A stretch of DNA of 64,000 bases from Promethearchaeota archaeon Loki_b32 (GCA_005223125.1 NJBH01000020.1:1-64000), one strand, 5' to 3'. Counted from the first letter of the stretch, positions 30,858 to 41,129 are shown. Translations and numbers: made by a program. Notes: generated by a model from the letters alone, not told the origin.

Positions 30858-30878
30858 AAAATTTGGAGTCCAATTTTT
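30858..30878. promoter_or_regulatory. Palindromic operator candidate, copy 2
   Basis: AAAATTTGGA-G-TCCAATTTTT. Confidence 0.6.
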
Positions 30879-30910
30879 AATTTAATGGAAAATAAAATCT
30901 CATTAAATTT

Positions 30911-31414
30911 TTAATTTTTAATTATTTTTTTCCAATCTAAAGCTTGAACTGTTTTTTGAAGGGAATGATCATCATCTACAGTATTATATATGAGAGTTTT
31001 AAAAACTTTTTCAGCAAGAGCTCGAGATCGCTTAATTGAAACAACTTCATCGAGTGTGCCATGAAAAATGATGACAGGAATATCTACAGGAGAATACTTT
31101 TTAGGATCAAGTGTTGGAGTTGACAAATATGGTGCAAGAAGAATTAATTTAGACACATTCGAAGGATATTTCAAAGTGAAAAGTGCGCCCATTAGGCCCC
31201 CAAAACTAGAACCAATAATGATCCAGTGTGTTTTATTCTTTAAAATTGAAATTAATTGCTCCATACGTTCCTTTAATAAATTTTTAAGTGGAATTTTTGG
31301 ATTATATGGTGTAAAATTAGGAGTTAAACAACCAGGTAATTCTTTCCTTAATAATTGTCCTTTAAACCCATCACCAGAGCTTTCAAGGCCATGGATAAAA
31401 ATAACATTCTGCAT
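30911..31414 (-). CDS. Alpha/beta hydrolase (YqiA-like esterase)
   Basis: IHGLES, GSSFGG, HGTLDEVV, DDHSL. Confidence 0.9.
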   Translation of the reverse strand: MQNVIFIHGLESSGDGFKGQLLRKELPGCLTPNFTPYNPKIPLKNLLKERMEQLISILKNKTHWIIIGSSFGGLMGALFTLKYPSNVSKLILLAPYLSTPTLDPKKYSPVDIPVIIFHGTLDEVVSIKRSRALAEKVFKTLIYNTVDDDHSLQKTVQALDWKKIIKN

Positions 31415-31433
31415 TTTTTATATTTCTGTTTTA

Positions 31434-32489
31434 TTATTCAATTTCAGGAGGAAAATTCTCATTTTCTTCTCTCCATAATCTAATTTCGCGACGCGATCCG
31501 AAAAATACAAGAAGCCCGAATATGGTTAAATAAAATGTTAGTAGTAGTAATGTATAGAAATAATACTTATATGTATAACTCATAAAATAGAGTGCCAAGC
31601 CGATAATAAATCCTGTGAATAATCTTGATTCTGTAGTACTCTTTCTTAATAATAGCCTTTGGGTACCCCAATCTATAAGGCCTGGTATTGGCAAGATTAT
31701 ACACATAAGTAATGCAATTTCTGCACTAAATTCAACTTGGAAAATTTTAGCTGTTAAATATGTTGCAAACATTGCAGACAGCCCACCTAATATGACCCCT
31801 GAACATCTTGTACAAAAATAGATTTTTGTTCTACCAAATTGAAGATAAAAAGTATGATCACTAGCCGAAAGAGGATGGTGTGTTAATATCATATTGTACA
31901 AATGTTTTTCTTCTTTCGCAAGAACTTTATCATATACTAATAACAATAAAGGAATAAGAAATATTATTGAAATGAGTGCTTGGAGAAAGAATTTAAAGCC
32001 ATAATTAATTATAATAATCTCGGCCGTATTTTGACCTCTATAAAAGAGAAATTGAATAGAAATAATGAGACCAGAAATAATAAAAGAAACAATGAGTAAA
32101 GCTATGAATGTATAATATACGTTTATCCTATTATGATATTTTAACGGGTGATATTTATAAACTCCAGATAAAAATCCTAATATAGCTACAATAAAGCACC
32201 ATCCGAGATTAAGAGTATCATAAAAAGCTAATTGATAGAGGATTTCTCCTAAAAATCCTGCGATTAAGCCTTGAATTGGACCAGCTAATACAGAAAAAAA
32301 TGTAATGATTAGAAGTGTTATTCCAAATTGAATTGAAAATTCTTGATTATTTATGAAAATTGTAGAAATTGAACCAAAGGGTTCAGAAATATAAACATAA
32401 GAGATCGTAATAAACACTAGAATTAATAAATTTAAAAAAATAGTCCGTAGAATATTGCTTCGCTCTTTTATTTGAGCAGATTCAGTCAA
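31434..32489 (-). CDS. ECF S-component-like + DUF2085 membrane protein
   Basis: GPIQGLIAGFLG; THHP...FCTRCSG, IDWGTQ, RLFTG. Confidence 0.7.
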   Translation of the reverse strand: MTESAQIKERSNILRTIFLNLLILVFITISYVYISEPFGSISTIFINNQEFSIQFGITLLIITFFSVLAGPIQGLIAGFLGEILYQLAFYDTLNLGWCFIVAILGFLSGVYKYHPLKYHNRINVYYTFIALLIVSFIISGLIISIQFLFYRGQNTAEIIIINYGFKFFLQALISIIFLIPLLLLVYDKVLAKEEKHLYNMILTHHPLSASDHTFYLQFGRTKIYFCTRCSGVILGGLSAMFATYLTAKIFQVEFSAEIALLMCIILPIPGLIDWGTQRLLLRKSTTESRLFTGFIIGLALYFMSYTYKYYFYTLLLLTFYLTIFGLLVFFGSRREIRLWREENENFPPEIE

Positions 32490-32527
32490 GATATCTTCAT
32501 ATTTTTTTATTAATTAGATTAGAAATA

Positions 32528-33187
32528 TTAATTAAAAATCTCATCCAGTTCTTCAATTAAACTCTTTTTTGTGAGTTCAAATCCTGCTCTGAGAACTTTT
32601 AAAATTATGTTTTTCCCGAGGGGAACTTTTAAGATAGAATCGTCTTGTTCTACAATAGCAATTCCTTCTTCATTATAATCTAGTTGACGTTTTAAGGCTT
32701 GAAACGCTCTTTCTTTTGATTTAAATGCAGCTCTAGACAACTCGTAATAATCTTTAACATCCTCTTTTATATTTAAAAATAGGATACTCTCTTCTACTTG
32801 TGTTACAAAACATTTTTTTGTAACTTCTATTAATTTTTTGTGGTTCTGATGGTTTTTTCGGCATTGAATATCAGTTTGGTCATTCTCTAAATAGATGGGA
32901 AAATTCTTATTTATAACCATTTCAATCTGTTCTTTAGAAGAAACACCGTTTTTCACTAACTCTTTAGCAGAATCAAGAGTAACCTTAATTTGTTCTAATG
33001 TACCTTTCAGTGCATCATTATCTGACCAATATTTATAAAAAGATTTGACAATAGGCTTTATGACAAAATTAAGAGCACCGACATCTAACTCCGAATCAAT
33101 TAATTCTTTTCCATAGTTAAGCGATGTTTCCGTTTGCTCGATCATCCTTCTTTCTAAAATTCGATAGTTTCTCTCGATAAAGTCCAT
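32528..33187 (-). CDS. Helical hypothetical protein (tandem paralog 1)
   Basis: Colinear similarity to 33308-33970. Confidence 0.85.
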   Translation of the reverse strand: MDFIERNYRILERRMIEQTETSLNYGKELIDSELDVGALNFVIKPIVKSFYKYWSDNDALKGTLEQIKVTLDSAKELVKNGVSSKEQIEMVINKNFPIYLENDQTDIQCRKNHQNHKKLIEVTKKCFVTQVEESILFLNIKEDVKDYYELSRAAFKSKERAFQALKRQLDYNEEGIAIVEQDDSILKVPLGKNIILKVLRAGFELTKKSLIEELDEIFN

Positions 33188-33307
33188 AATGTTTTCAACT
33201 CCAATCTCGATAGTACAATAGAAATTCTTAAGTTTGATTATTTAAATAAAGTAAATTTCTCCAAAACTAGATCTGTAAACAATTTTTAGAATTATTCATA
33301 AGTTTAA

Positions 33308-33970
33308 TTATTTTTGGTTGTATGTATCATTAAGTCCTTCAATGAATTCTTTTTTAGTTAACTCATAACCCCGTCTTAGTGCTTTGACAATAATTTTCCG
33401 ACCTACGGGGACTTTAATAATGTAAGGGTCTTCTTCTACAATTTTTATACCCTTTTCTGTAAATTCTAATTGCCTCATTAAGTTCTCTTCCGCTACTTCC
33501 TTTGAGTTAAATGCGACTCGACATAAATCTCCATAATCTCCTACATCTTCTTCTACTTCTAATAGTTTTACTACTTCTTCTAAATAACTTGTGAATGTTT
33601 CTTTAGCATTCTGTTTAAATCTATCAAAATTTTTATGCCTATTGTTGCCCATCCGAAAAGTTTGGTCATTTTTAAAATATCTAGGAAAATTTTCTTCAAT
33701 TATTTTCTCAAAACTCTGCTCTGTCTTGCCATTAAGTACCAGATGCTTACCAGAATCTAACGTAATTTGAATTTGTTTTAAAGTTCCGTACTTGGCATCA
33801 TTTTTTGCCCAATGATCGTAGAAGCTTTTCACGATCGGATTAATTATGAAATTTAAAAAACCAGTATCTAACACCGTATCAATTAGTTTTCGCCCTAATA
33901 CTATGGAATTTTCCATCTGTTGAATCATTCTTTCTTTTATAAGTTGATAGTTTCTTTCTAAGTAATCCAA
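33308..33970 (-). CDS. Helical hypothetical protein (tandem paralog 2)
   Basis: Shared ERNY, PIVKSFY, GTL, NDQT, RQL, KVP motifs. Confidence 0.85.
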   Translation of the reverse strand: MDYLERNYQLIKERMIQQMENSIVLGRKLIDTVLDTGFLNFIINPIVKSFYDHWAKNDAKYGTLKQIQITLDSGKHLVLNGKTEQSFEKIIEENFPRYFKNDQTFRMGNNRHKNFDRFKQNAKETFTSYLEEVVKLLEVEEDVGDYGDLCRVAFNSKEVAEENLMRQLEFTEKGIKIVEEDPYIIKVPVGRKIIVKALRRGYELTKKEFIEGLNDTYNQK

Positions 33971-34165
33971 TGTCTAATCTCCTAATAGTTCAAAACAAAA
34001 ATATAAATTCTCAAACTCAATTATTTATTATTAAAAGAATTCTATTCTTTTAAAATAATTTCATAAGTTTTATACTATTATTTTTATGTGTTAAAAAATC
34101 TTTATAACAAAGTTAGAATTAATCAATCAATATAAATTGAAAAATATAATTGATTTATCGAAAAA

Positions 34166-37100
34166 ATGTCAACATTTTACTTCAGGACTTTAATTCTTGG
34201 AGCAGACCCAAATACAATTCATTTTTATATCTCAAGAGCTTTTGGCGAAGCGGGGGAAGATCATGAAACATATTTTAAATGGTATAAAGAAACCAAAGTC
34301 TTAGATGATATTTGTGATTTAGAAATTGATGCAATTACAAGTATTTCTGCTGATTTGGATGAAATAATCCCAATGGTGGATGGAATTATTTATTTTTTAA
34401 ATCCTACAATCCAAGAAGAATCTGAATTGTTTGAGATGATACTTCCAGACATTTTTTCAGTAAAACGTGATATTCCTACAATTATTATATTTTATGATCA
34501 AAATGGAATCCTTCCCCTCTCCATAAATGACTTATTAACACACATATGGGTAAATTTTCCTAGTTTAGAGGCTTTTGCTAATCTCCCTCCTAAGGATTTT
34601 CATCAAGCACTCCAATCTTTATGTTTAGCAATGATTAATGGCGATACACCATTAAATATTGAAAATGCATGGATGAGATTTCCAATATTTATCCAAATGG
34701 CAAATATCTATTTTAATAATAAAAATTATTATTATGCTGCCCAAGCGATTAGAAAAACCGCCTTGATTGCAGATATTTATAATAAAGAAGAATTTTTCAT
34801 AATCAGTGAACAAGCAGCATACCTTTATTCTAAAATTAATTTGTATTTAGAAGCGAGTAAAATTTTAGAGAAGGTAGATAGAAAGAAATCAATCAATTTT
34901 AAAAAATTGTATGCAGATGCAATAATAAGAGAGGGTAACCTGTTTTTTAACAAGAATGAATATGAACGAGCAGCGAGAAACTATGAAAGAGTAGCTCAAT
35001 GGTCAAGTATAGAATTATTAGAAAGAACGTTTATTCATGAAGCATTTCGTTTAGCAATAAATTCGTGGATTTCTGCCTGTAGAGTAGAAGACGCTTTTAG
35101 AATTCTTCAAAGTCTACATCATAAAGGAGTAATAGTGCTATTGAAGGAATTTTCAGATAAAATTGGAGCAGCTGCAGATTATTTAGTAAGTATTAATAGT
35201 TTTGAATTAGCCAAAGAACAATTATATAGAGCAGTGAATAGATATCAAAGAGAAGATCTCTTTGAAGAATTAAAAGACTTAACCAGTAAATTGGTTGATG
35301 TTCTAATTATACTTTTTAAACAACAAATAAATGACCAAAAAAACCATGCTGCAAAAAATACTTTTGACGAAATTGAAAATTTATGGGATTCTTATAAAGT
35401 AAAAAAAATAAACTTGGATTCAACTCTAGAAGAACTTATTGACCACTTTTTTGAAGCTAATAATTTTAGAATGGCAACCATTTTAATAGACAAATTGAAC
35501 TCACGAAAATTAAAACAACAAATTTCTAAAATTAGAGATGAACTTGAAGACAAATATAATGCCTTGAAAAAGAAAGAAGTAGAAGATTATATTAATAAGG
35601 GAATTGACATTTTAAGAGATTTTTTCGTTGCCGAAATCGATATCATTGCTGAGATAAATACTCAAGAAATCAACAAAGCGAATGAGTTAGCAAAACAGAA
35701 TAAATATCTAAAAGCAGCAAAACTCTTAAAAAATCAAGCAGATTACCTTAAAAGGATTGGAAAAGAAGATATAAAAGACCAAATTCTTACAAAGTCTTTA
35801 GATATATTATTAAATGGCTTGGAATTTGAAAATTTCTTTTTATTTTTCAATGAACTCTCGTTTGATATGAAAACTAAATACTTAACGAGAATTTTTCCAA
35901 AATATTTTCAGAATTTACAAGAATTAAGAAAATCAGAGGATTTTAAAAGAAATGAAAAGATATTTGAAAGTTCAAACAGAATTTATCGGAATCAAATGCT
36001 TTATGATCAATCCAAAGAAATTACACTGATTTTCATAAAAGTGATTAAACAGGAAGCGTTAAGAATTTTAGAAATTGAAGAAAATCTTTCGGGGATATCT
36101 AAGGCAACAATATTAGAAAAAAATGCGTTAAATATAAAATCAGCATATTTGGATAAGGAAGAAAATATTAAAATTAAATATAATAAAATTTATAAAAAAA
36201 TCGCTGAAATTTATATTGAGTTGGATGATTTACATTTAGCACATATTTATAATGATAAAATTGAAAAAGCTGGTTATAAAATTGAAATACATAAGAAAAT
36301 AGAGAAACTCGAAGCTGAAAAAAGTAAAATAAGATCAGAAAAAGCTAAAGAAACACGAGATGGAGAGGTCTTAAGAGAACAGCGCTCTATAATGGAAAAT
36401 AAAGCAAGAGAAGCAAAACTAGATAGAAAAAATGAATTAAGAGAAAGAAAAGGATTAAGAAGAGCATACTTTGAAAATGGTTTAATTCATTTGAAAAACC
36501 AAGAGTTTGACCAAGCGCTTAAATTATATAAGGAAACAACCAACCGATTAAACAGAATAAAAAAATACAATATTGCCGGTGTGTCTTTAGCAGTGGCAAG
36601 TTTAATATTAATGAAAGAGGAAAAATTTAAAGAAATTAAACAGTTATTATTAGAAACAAAAAAACCGTTATCAGGTATGGCAAAATTATTCTCAGAAACA
36701 TTTGCTGTTACTTTATTAGAATATATTATTGGTTTAAAAAATATTCAAGATGATCTAAATTTCAGACTGGCATTACCCTTTTTCGAAGTACTCCCCCTAT
36801 TTGAAGAAGAATTAATATTGTTATATGAAATTAAAGGCGAAGAATATCAAAAGGAAGAAAAGCCTGAAAAAACTTTAGAGATGTACGCAAAACAAAGAGA
36901 TGTTGAGAGACACATTAAGAAATTGGCGGAATCTATTGAAAAAGAACTGCACCATGTAAAAAAGAGAGAAGCAATTCAAAATCAATATTGGAGGCTTATA
37001 TTGGATGATATATCTAAGGGAAAAATGACAAACGCATCAATAAGTTATCTTGAAACAGTTCCTAAGCTCATTAAAGAAGGTTATACTAGACTTGCAGCAG

Positions 37101-37903
37101 TTAGCCTTATTTTAGGTTCAATAATTCTCTTAAATGAAAAAGATCTCAAAATTGCTAAAGAAACATTTGAGAAACATGTAGAAGAAAATAAATCTGATTT
37201 AGAATCTCTTCCAGAAATTCAAATTATGAAATATTTTTTCCCTGCAGTTAGAAAGGATGAAAAATCAGTAGTTAAATTAATAATCAATTCACTTGTAGAA
37301 AAGTTAGTATTATTTGAACCAGAAATTAAGTCGTTAAAAATAATCTTAGGGGAAGAAGTCTCAGAAGAAGAAGAAATTAGAGAAATGCTATCTCGAGAAG
37401 AATATGGAAAATTATCTAAATTAAGAGTAGAATATGATCAAATATATGGTAAACTCCAAGCTAAAGTAGTAGATGCTAAAAGAGATAAAGAACGTATTTT
37501 AAAAAGAAGGACTCCCATGAAAAGAAGATACTATTTGCCCATATTAGAATTGTTAGAAATCAAAAATTTTAAAAATGCAGGAGAAAAATATTTAGAATTA
37601 GCATTTACTCTTACTAGAAGGAACGATCTTGAAACTAGCTCTTTAATGATGCTCTTACATGGTTTAACTTTTTTAAAGTCAGGAGAACCTTTAAAATCAA
37701 TTAAGAATAATCTAAATAATTATTTAAATAGTTTAGGAGTTAATAAAAAATTAGTTGAGGAAACATTTTATATTATGTTAATCTTGTTTCTGATTGAAGT
37801 AAAAATATATAATTTTGATAAATATTTACACAAAATTAAGGAAATGCTAGAAATACTTCCACTATTTGAAGAAGAGAGAGTACTAATCGAAATTGAAGAA
37901 TAA
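34166..37903 (+). CDS. Large alpha-solenoid (TPR/SNAP-like) protein with an N-terminal degenerate GTPase-like domain
   Basis: 1245 aa; YFRTLILGAD, VDGIIYF, DIPTIIIF; three C-terminal repeats ending LPLFEEE/LVLFEPE. Confidence 0.7.
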   Translation: MSTFYFRTLILGADPNTIHFYISRAFGEAGEDHETYFKWYKETKVLDDICDLEIDAITSISADLDEIIPMVDGIIYFLNPTIQEESELFEMILPDIFSVKRDIPTIIIFYDQNGILPLSINDLLTHIWVNFPSLEAFANLPPKDFHQALQSLCLAMINGDTPLNIENAWMRFPIFIQMANIYFNNKNYYYAAQAIRKTALIADIYNKEEFFIISEQAAYLYSKINLYLEASKILEKVDRKKSINFKKLYADAIIREGNLFFNKNEYERAARNYERVAQWSSIELLERTFIHEAFRLAINSWISACRVEDAFRILQSLHHKGVIVLLKEFSDKIGAAADYLVSINSFELAKEQLYRAVNRYQREDLFEELKDLTSKLVDVLIILFKQQINDQKNHAAKNTFDEIENLWDSYKVKKINLDSTLEELIDHFFEANNFRMATILIDKLNSRKLKQQISKIRDELEDKYNALKKKEVEDYINKGIDILRDFFVAEIDIIAEINTQEINKANELAKQNKYLKAAKLLKNQADYLKRIGKEDIKDQILTKSLDILLNGLEFENFFLFFNELSFDMKTKYLTRIFPKYFQNLQELRKSEDFKRNEKIFESSNRIYRNQMLYDQSKEITLIFIKVIKQEALRILEIEENLSGISKATILEKNALNIKSAYLDKEENIKIKYNKIYKKIAEIYIELDDLHLAHIYNDKIEKAGYKIEIHKKIEKLEAEKSKIRSEKAKETRDGEVLREQRSIMENKAREAKLDRKNELRERKGLRRAYFENGLIHLKNQEFDQALKLYKETTNRLNRIKKYNIAGVSLAVASLILMKEEKFKEIKQLLLETKKPLSGMAKLFSETFAVTLLEYIIGLKNIQDDLNFRLALPFFEVLPLFEEELILLYEIKGEEYQKEEKPEKTLEMYAKQRDVERHIKKLAESIEKELHHVKKREAIQNQYWRLILDDISKGKMTNASISYLETVPKLIKEGYTRLAAVSLILGSIILLNEKDLKIAKETFEKHVEENKSDLESLPEIQIMKYFFPAVRKDEKSVVKLIINSLVEKLVLFEPEIKSLKIILGEEVSEEEEIREMLSREEYGKLSKLRVEYDQIYGKLQAKVVDAKRDKERILKRRTPMKRRYYLPILELLEIKNFKNAGEKYLELAFTLTRRNDLETSSLMMLLHGLTFLKSGEPLKSIKNNLNNYLNSLGVNKKLVEETFYIMLILFLIEVKIYNFDKYLHKIKEMLEILPLFEEERVLIEIEE

Positions 37904-37923
37904 AAAGCTTTTTTTATTTTTTG

Positions 37924-38835
37924 TTAATCAACCATATTCGCATATCTTTGTAAATCTTTGACACGCATTCTCAATGTAACTTCGGTAACACGGGCTAATT
38001 TACTTATTTCTTTTTGAGTCCGGTTTTCATTGCAGATCTTTGAACCAATATAAATAGCTGCTGCTGCTATTCCTTTAGGATCTTTTCCAGCAGAATTGAA
38101 CCCACTTTCTCTCGCTTTTTTTATAATTTTAACAGCTATATTGCGGCATTTCATGGAAAGTTTTAGTTCTTCGTTAAATTTGTCCACATAGCGCTCACTA
38201 GTGAAGTGTTGTACTCTCATGTTTAATTTGGGTAAAATTTCCATTAAAATAAGTCTATAAGCTTTTATAACTTTTTTCTTAGGAATTTGTGCAACCTTAG
38301 TGATTTCTTCAGCAGTTCTAGGTATACCATGAACTCTTAAAGCAGCAAAGATCGAAGCGGATAATAACGTATCGATACTACGACCCATAGTTAGCTTTTT
38401 TTTTACAGTTTGAGTGTAAATTCGAAGTGCATCTTCTGCTACAGGATCTGGAATTCCTAATCTCTTTTGTAAACGCTGTAAATTAGGTAATGCAATCCAT
38501 AAATTTCTTTCATAACTAGTTGTTAAAGATCTATGAATTTTTGCTAATCGGTTGAATTTTGATTTATATTTTGGACTTAACAGTGTACCCCTCGCATCTC
38601 GAGATCCTCTAATAATTGTTCTAGGCCCAATAGGACTATATACTCTCTCGTTACTCTTCCTTTTTTGAATTTCTTCTTGAGTAAAAGCTCTACGAGGACT
38701 ATCGTCAAGAATACGTGAATATACAAATCCACAATTCAGGCAAACATAAAAACCATCTTCTTGAGATACCTTTGGCGAGTCACAGCACGAAGCTTCGTCT
38801 TCTATCTCATCAAAAAATTCATTTTCATCAGGCAT
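37924..38835 (-). CDS. tfb: Transcription initiation factor B
   Basis: Zinc ribbon CC...CLNCG, ERNL, GRSID, GKDPKGIAAAAIY, VTEVTLR. Confidence 0.95.
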   Translation of the reverse strand: MPDENEFFDEIEDEASCCDSPKVSQEDGFYVCLNCGFVYSRILDDSPRRAFTQEEIQKRKSNERVYSPIGPRTIIRGSRDARGTLLSPKYKSKFNRLAKIHRSLTTSYERNLWIALPNLQRLQKRLGIPDPVAEDALRIYTQTVKKKLTMGRSIDTLLSASIFAALRVHGIPRTAEEITKVAQIPKKKVIKAYRLILMEILPKLNMRVQHFTSERYVDKFNEELKLSMKCRNIAVKIIKKARESGFNSAGKDPKGIAAAAIYIGSKICNENRTQKEISKLARVTEVTLRMRVKDLQRYANMVD

Positions 38836-38854
38836 GATTTCCTAATCTTTATCC

Positions 38855-38926
38855 TTAATCACAACAAGAGGGTCCTTCCTCAGCACTATCATCAAAAAAA
38901 TCATCATCTTCATAGTGAGCTGGCAT
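38855..38926 (-). CDS. 23-aa upstream mini-ORF resembling the TFB N-terminus
   Basis: MPAHYEDDDFFDDSAEEGPSCCD* vs TFB MPDENEFFDEIEDEASCCD. Confidence 0.5.
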   Translation of the reverse strand: MPAHYEDDDFFDDSAEEGPSCCD

Positions 38927-39140
38927 GGTTTTTAAACTGCTAAATGATACTAATTGAATTTTGAAATTTTTTCCTTTGAATTACATAAATTAATAAATAT
39001 ATAAGTTTGATTAATTTTCAATTAACTTGTGAAAATTTAAATCTTAATCTTTTTAACTAGTATCTTAAAAGTTTCATAATTAATAATAAAAATTAAATCA
39101 ACAATCAACCTATTAATAATAAAGAACAATCGATGATTCT

Positions 39141-40376
39141 ATGTCTTCAGATACTTCTAGTTTTATTAAAGTCTTTACAAAATTTTTGGATCCAGATTCT
39201 ACAAAAATAGATAAATTACATAAAATAGATGATGTTTTAAAATTACCTGTTCACTCATATAAATTTATTGACAAAGAAGAAGCAACAATAATGAAGCAAC
39301 TTTTAGAAGTTTCAAATATTCGAGATGCTTCCAAGTTAAATAAAGAAAATCCTTTTGAAACTCTAACTGAAATTGAAGAAACTGATGAATCTATCGAATT
39401 AGCAGTAAAACTACAAAAAAAACTTGAGGAACTCAAAGCAAAATACCCAAATTTAGAAAAGAAACTAAAGAAAACGATTACAATTAGCTCACTTATAGCG
39501 AGTGTAAAAGAAGAAAAAGAGGGTTTTGAAGCAGAAGCGCAGAAGGTTTTGGTAGCGGGCCTTGATTATGCAGGAAAAACGGCAATACTATCGAAATTTG
39601 GGGGACGGTTGGGAATAAGCGATATGATTTCGACACATCCAACTAAAGGTGTTGTTCGAATGAAATTTGGCAGTAAGAAATTAAGCTTATTTATTTGGGA
39701 TTTAGGTGGTCAGAAAGAATATAGGCAAAGATACTTAAATAACCCAGAACAATATTTCATTCAACTTGATTTGCTAATTTATGTAATTGATGTACAAGAT
39801 CCAGAAAGATTTGATGAATCTCTCGATTACTTTGAGAAAATTGTCGATTCATTAATTTTTTTAGAAGAGTCGCCCTTTATATTAATTTTTATTCACAAAT
39901 ATGATCCTGACTTGAAAAATGACCCTAAAATTCTCTTAAATATTGAGCTTTTAAAGGATAGTTTTAATGAACTATTAAAAAGTAAGAATTATGATTTTAA
40001 AATTGAAACTTATCTAACATCAATATACTCATTGATTTCACGAGAGCCACAATTCGCAAAATATATAAAGAATCTCATGAATACCAGTTATTCTCTTTCT
40101 GATCCAACCGTAAGAAAAGTTGAAGGACTCGGCAAAACATTAGAAGAAACTCTTAATGCTGTTATTCGTTTATCTGAAAGTCTTTCTACACAACTCAACG
40201 AAATTGATAATCGTCTTAGGGCTATAGAGTCAGGAGCATTCCAAGTAGCCCAAAGTGGAATTCCCATTGAAATTGCAAATCCAAATCAACCTGGTGCTAG
40301 ACCTGAGAATGCAAGATTAAATGTCCTCAATGAGTTAAAAGATTTATTCAGTAAGAAGAGAAGATTAGATCTTTAA
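39141..40376 (+). CDS. Arf-like small GTPase with N-terminal extension and C-terminal coiled coil
   Basis: GLDYAGKT, PTKG, WDLGGQ, HKYD, TSI. Confidence 0.9.
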   Translation: MSSDTSSFIKVFTKFLDPDSTKIDKLHKIDDVLKLPVHSYKFIDKEEATIMKQLLEVSNIRDASKLNKENPFETLTEIEETDESIELAVKLQKKLEELKAKYPNLEKKLKKTITISSLIASVKEEKEGFEAEAQKVLVAGLDYAGKTAILSKFGGRLGISDMISTHPTKGVVRMKFGSKKLSLFIWDLGGQKEYRQRYLNNPEQYFIQLDLLIYVIDVQDPERFDESLDYFEKIVDSLIFLEESPFILIFIHKYDPDLKNDPKILLNIELLKDSFNELLKSKNYDFKIETYLTSIYSLISREPQFAKYIKNLMNTSYSLSDPTVRKVEGLGKTLEETLNAVIRLSESLSTQLNEIDNRLRAIESGAFQVAQSGIPIEIANPNQPGARPENARLNVLNELKDLFSKKRRLDL

Positions 40377-40387
40377 ATTTATTTCTA

Positions 40388-41107
40388 CTATTCTTTTTTA
40401 ACAAAATCTTTAATTGTTTTAATAAGTGCGAGTAAAAAAATTATAAAAAATATAGATAAGGTGAGTAATAAATACCCTATACTATTGACTAGCATTGAAT
40501 TTAGTTGTCGATATTGAATTTGATATATTGAAACTTGTTCTAAGTAAGATAACAAATTAAACATAAGTGGGCCAATAAGATAAAGAGTAAGTAGGAATCC
40601 TACTCCTCCAAATATGCCCCCAAATATGACATCTGTAGGGTAATGCACACCAAGCTGAATCCTTGAAAATGAAACTATGATCGCACCTATTAAAAATAAG
40701 ATTGTTATAATTGGTGAGTTTAAAAAAAATAATCCAATCAATAACCCATTAGACACAACATTATAGCTATGCCAAGAAGGAAAACTTCTTGAAGTTGGTT
40801 TTCGTCCAAAAACAATAATTTTAATCATTTCATGTCTTTCGAATGGTCTATCTCTTTTTACAGCTTGTTTTATTGCCAAAATAAGCATTACTCCAGTAAG
40901 AAATGTAGCAGAGAAAAAAGAGAGTAAAAATGGATCATACCAAATTAATAAATAAAAAGCCATTAAACAAAGCCATAAAGTTTCTCTTCCAAAAAAAGAA
41001 AATACTTTTAATATAAATGTTGTGAATTTACCTCCTAATCCATTGTATTTTAAAATAATTTTCTGGTCCCACTGATCAACCAAATTTGAAAATTCTTTAA
41101 ATTCCAT
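40388..41107 (-). CDS. PAP2-family membrane phosphatase
   Basis: KxxxxRDRP, SFPSWH, SRIQLGVHYPTD. Confidence 0.92.
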   Translation of the reverse strand: MEFKEFSNLVDQWDQKIILKYNGLGGKFTTFILKVFSFFGRETLWLCLMAFYLLIWYDPFLLSFFSATFLTGVMLILAIKQAVKRDRPFERHEMIKIIVFGRKPTSRSFPSWHSYNVVSNGLLIGLFFLNSPIITILFLIGAIIVSFSRIQLGVHYPTDVIFGGIFGGVGFLLTLYLIGPLMFNLLSYLEQVSIYQIQYRQLNSMLVNSIGYLLLTLSIFFIIFLLALIKTIKDFVKKE

Positions 41108-41129
41108 AATAAATAAGGTATAATCTATT

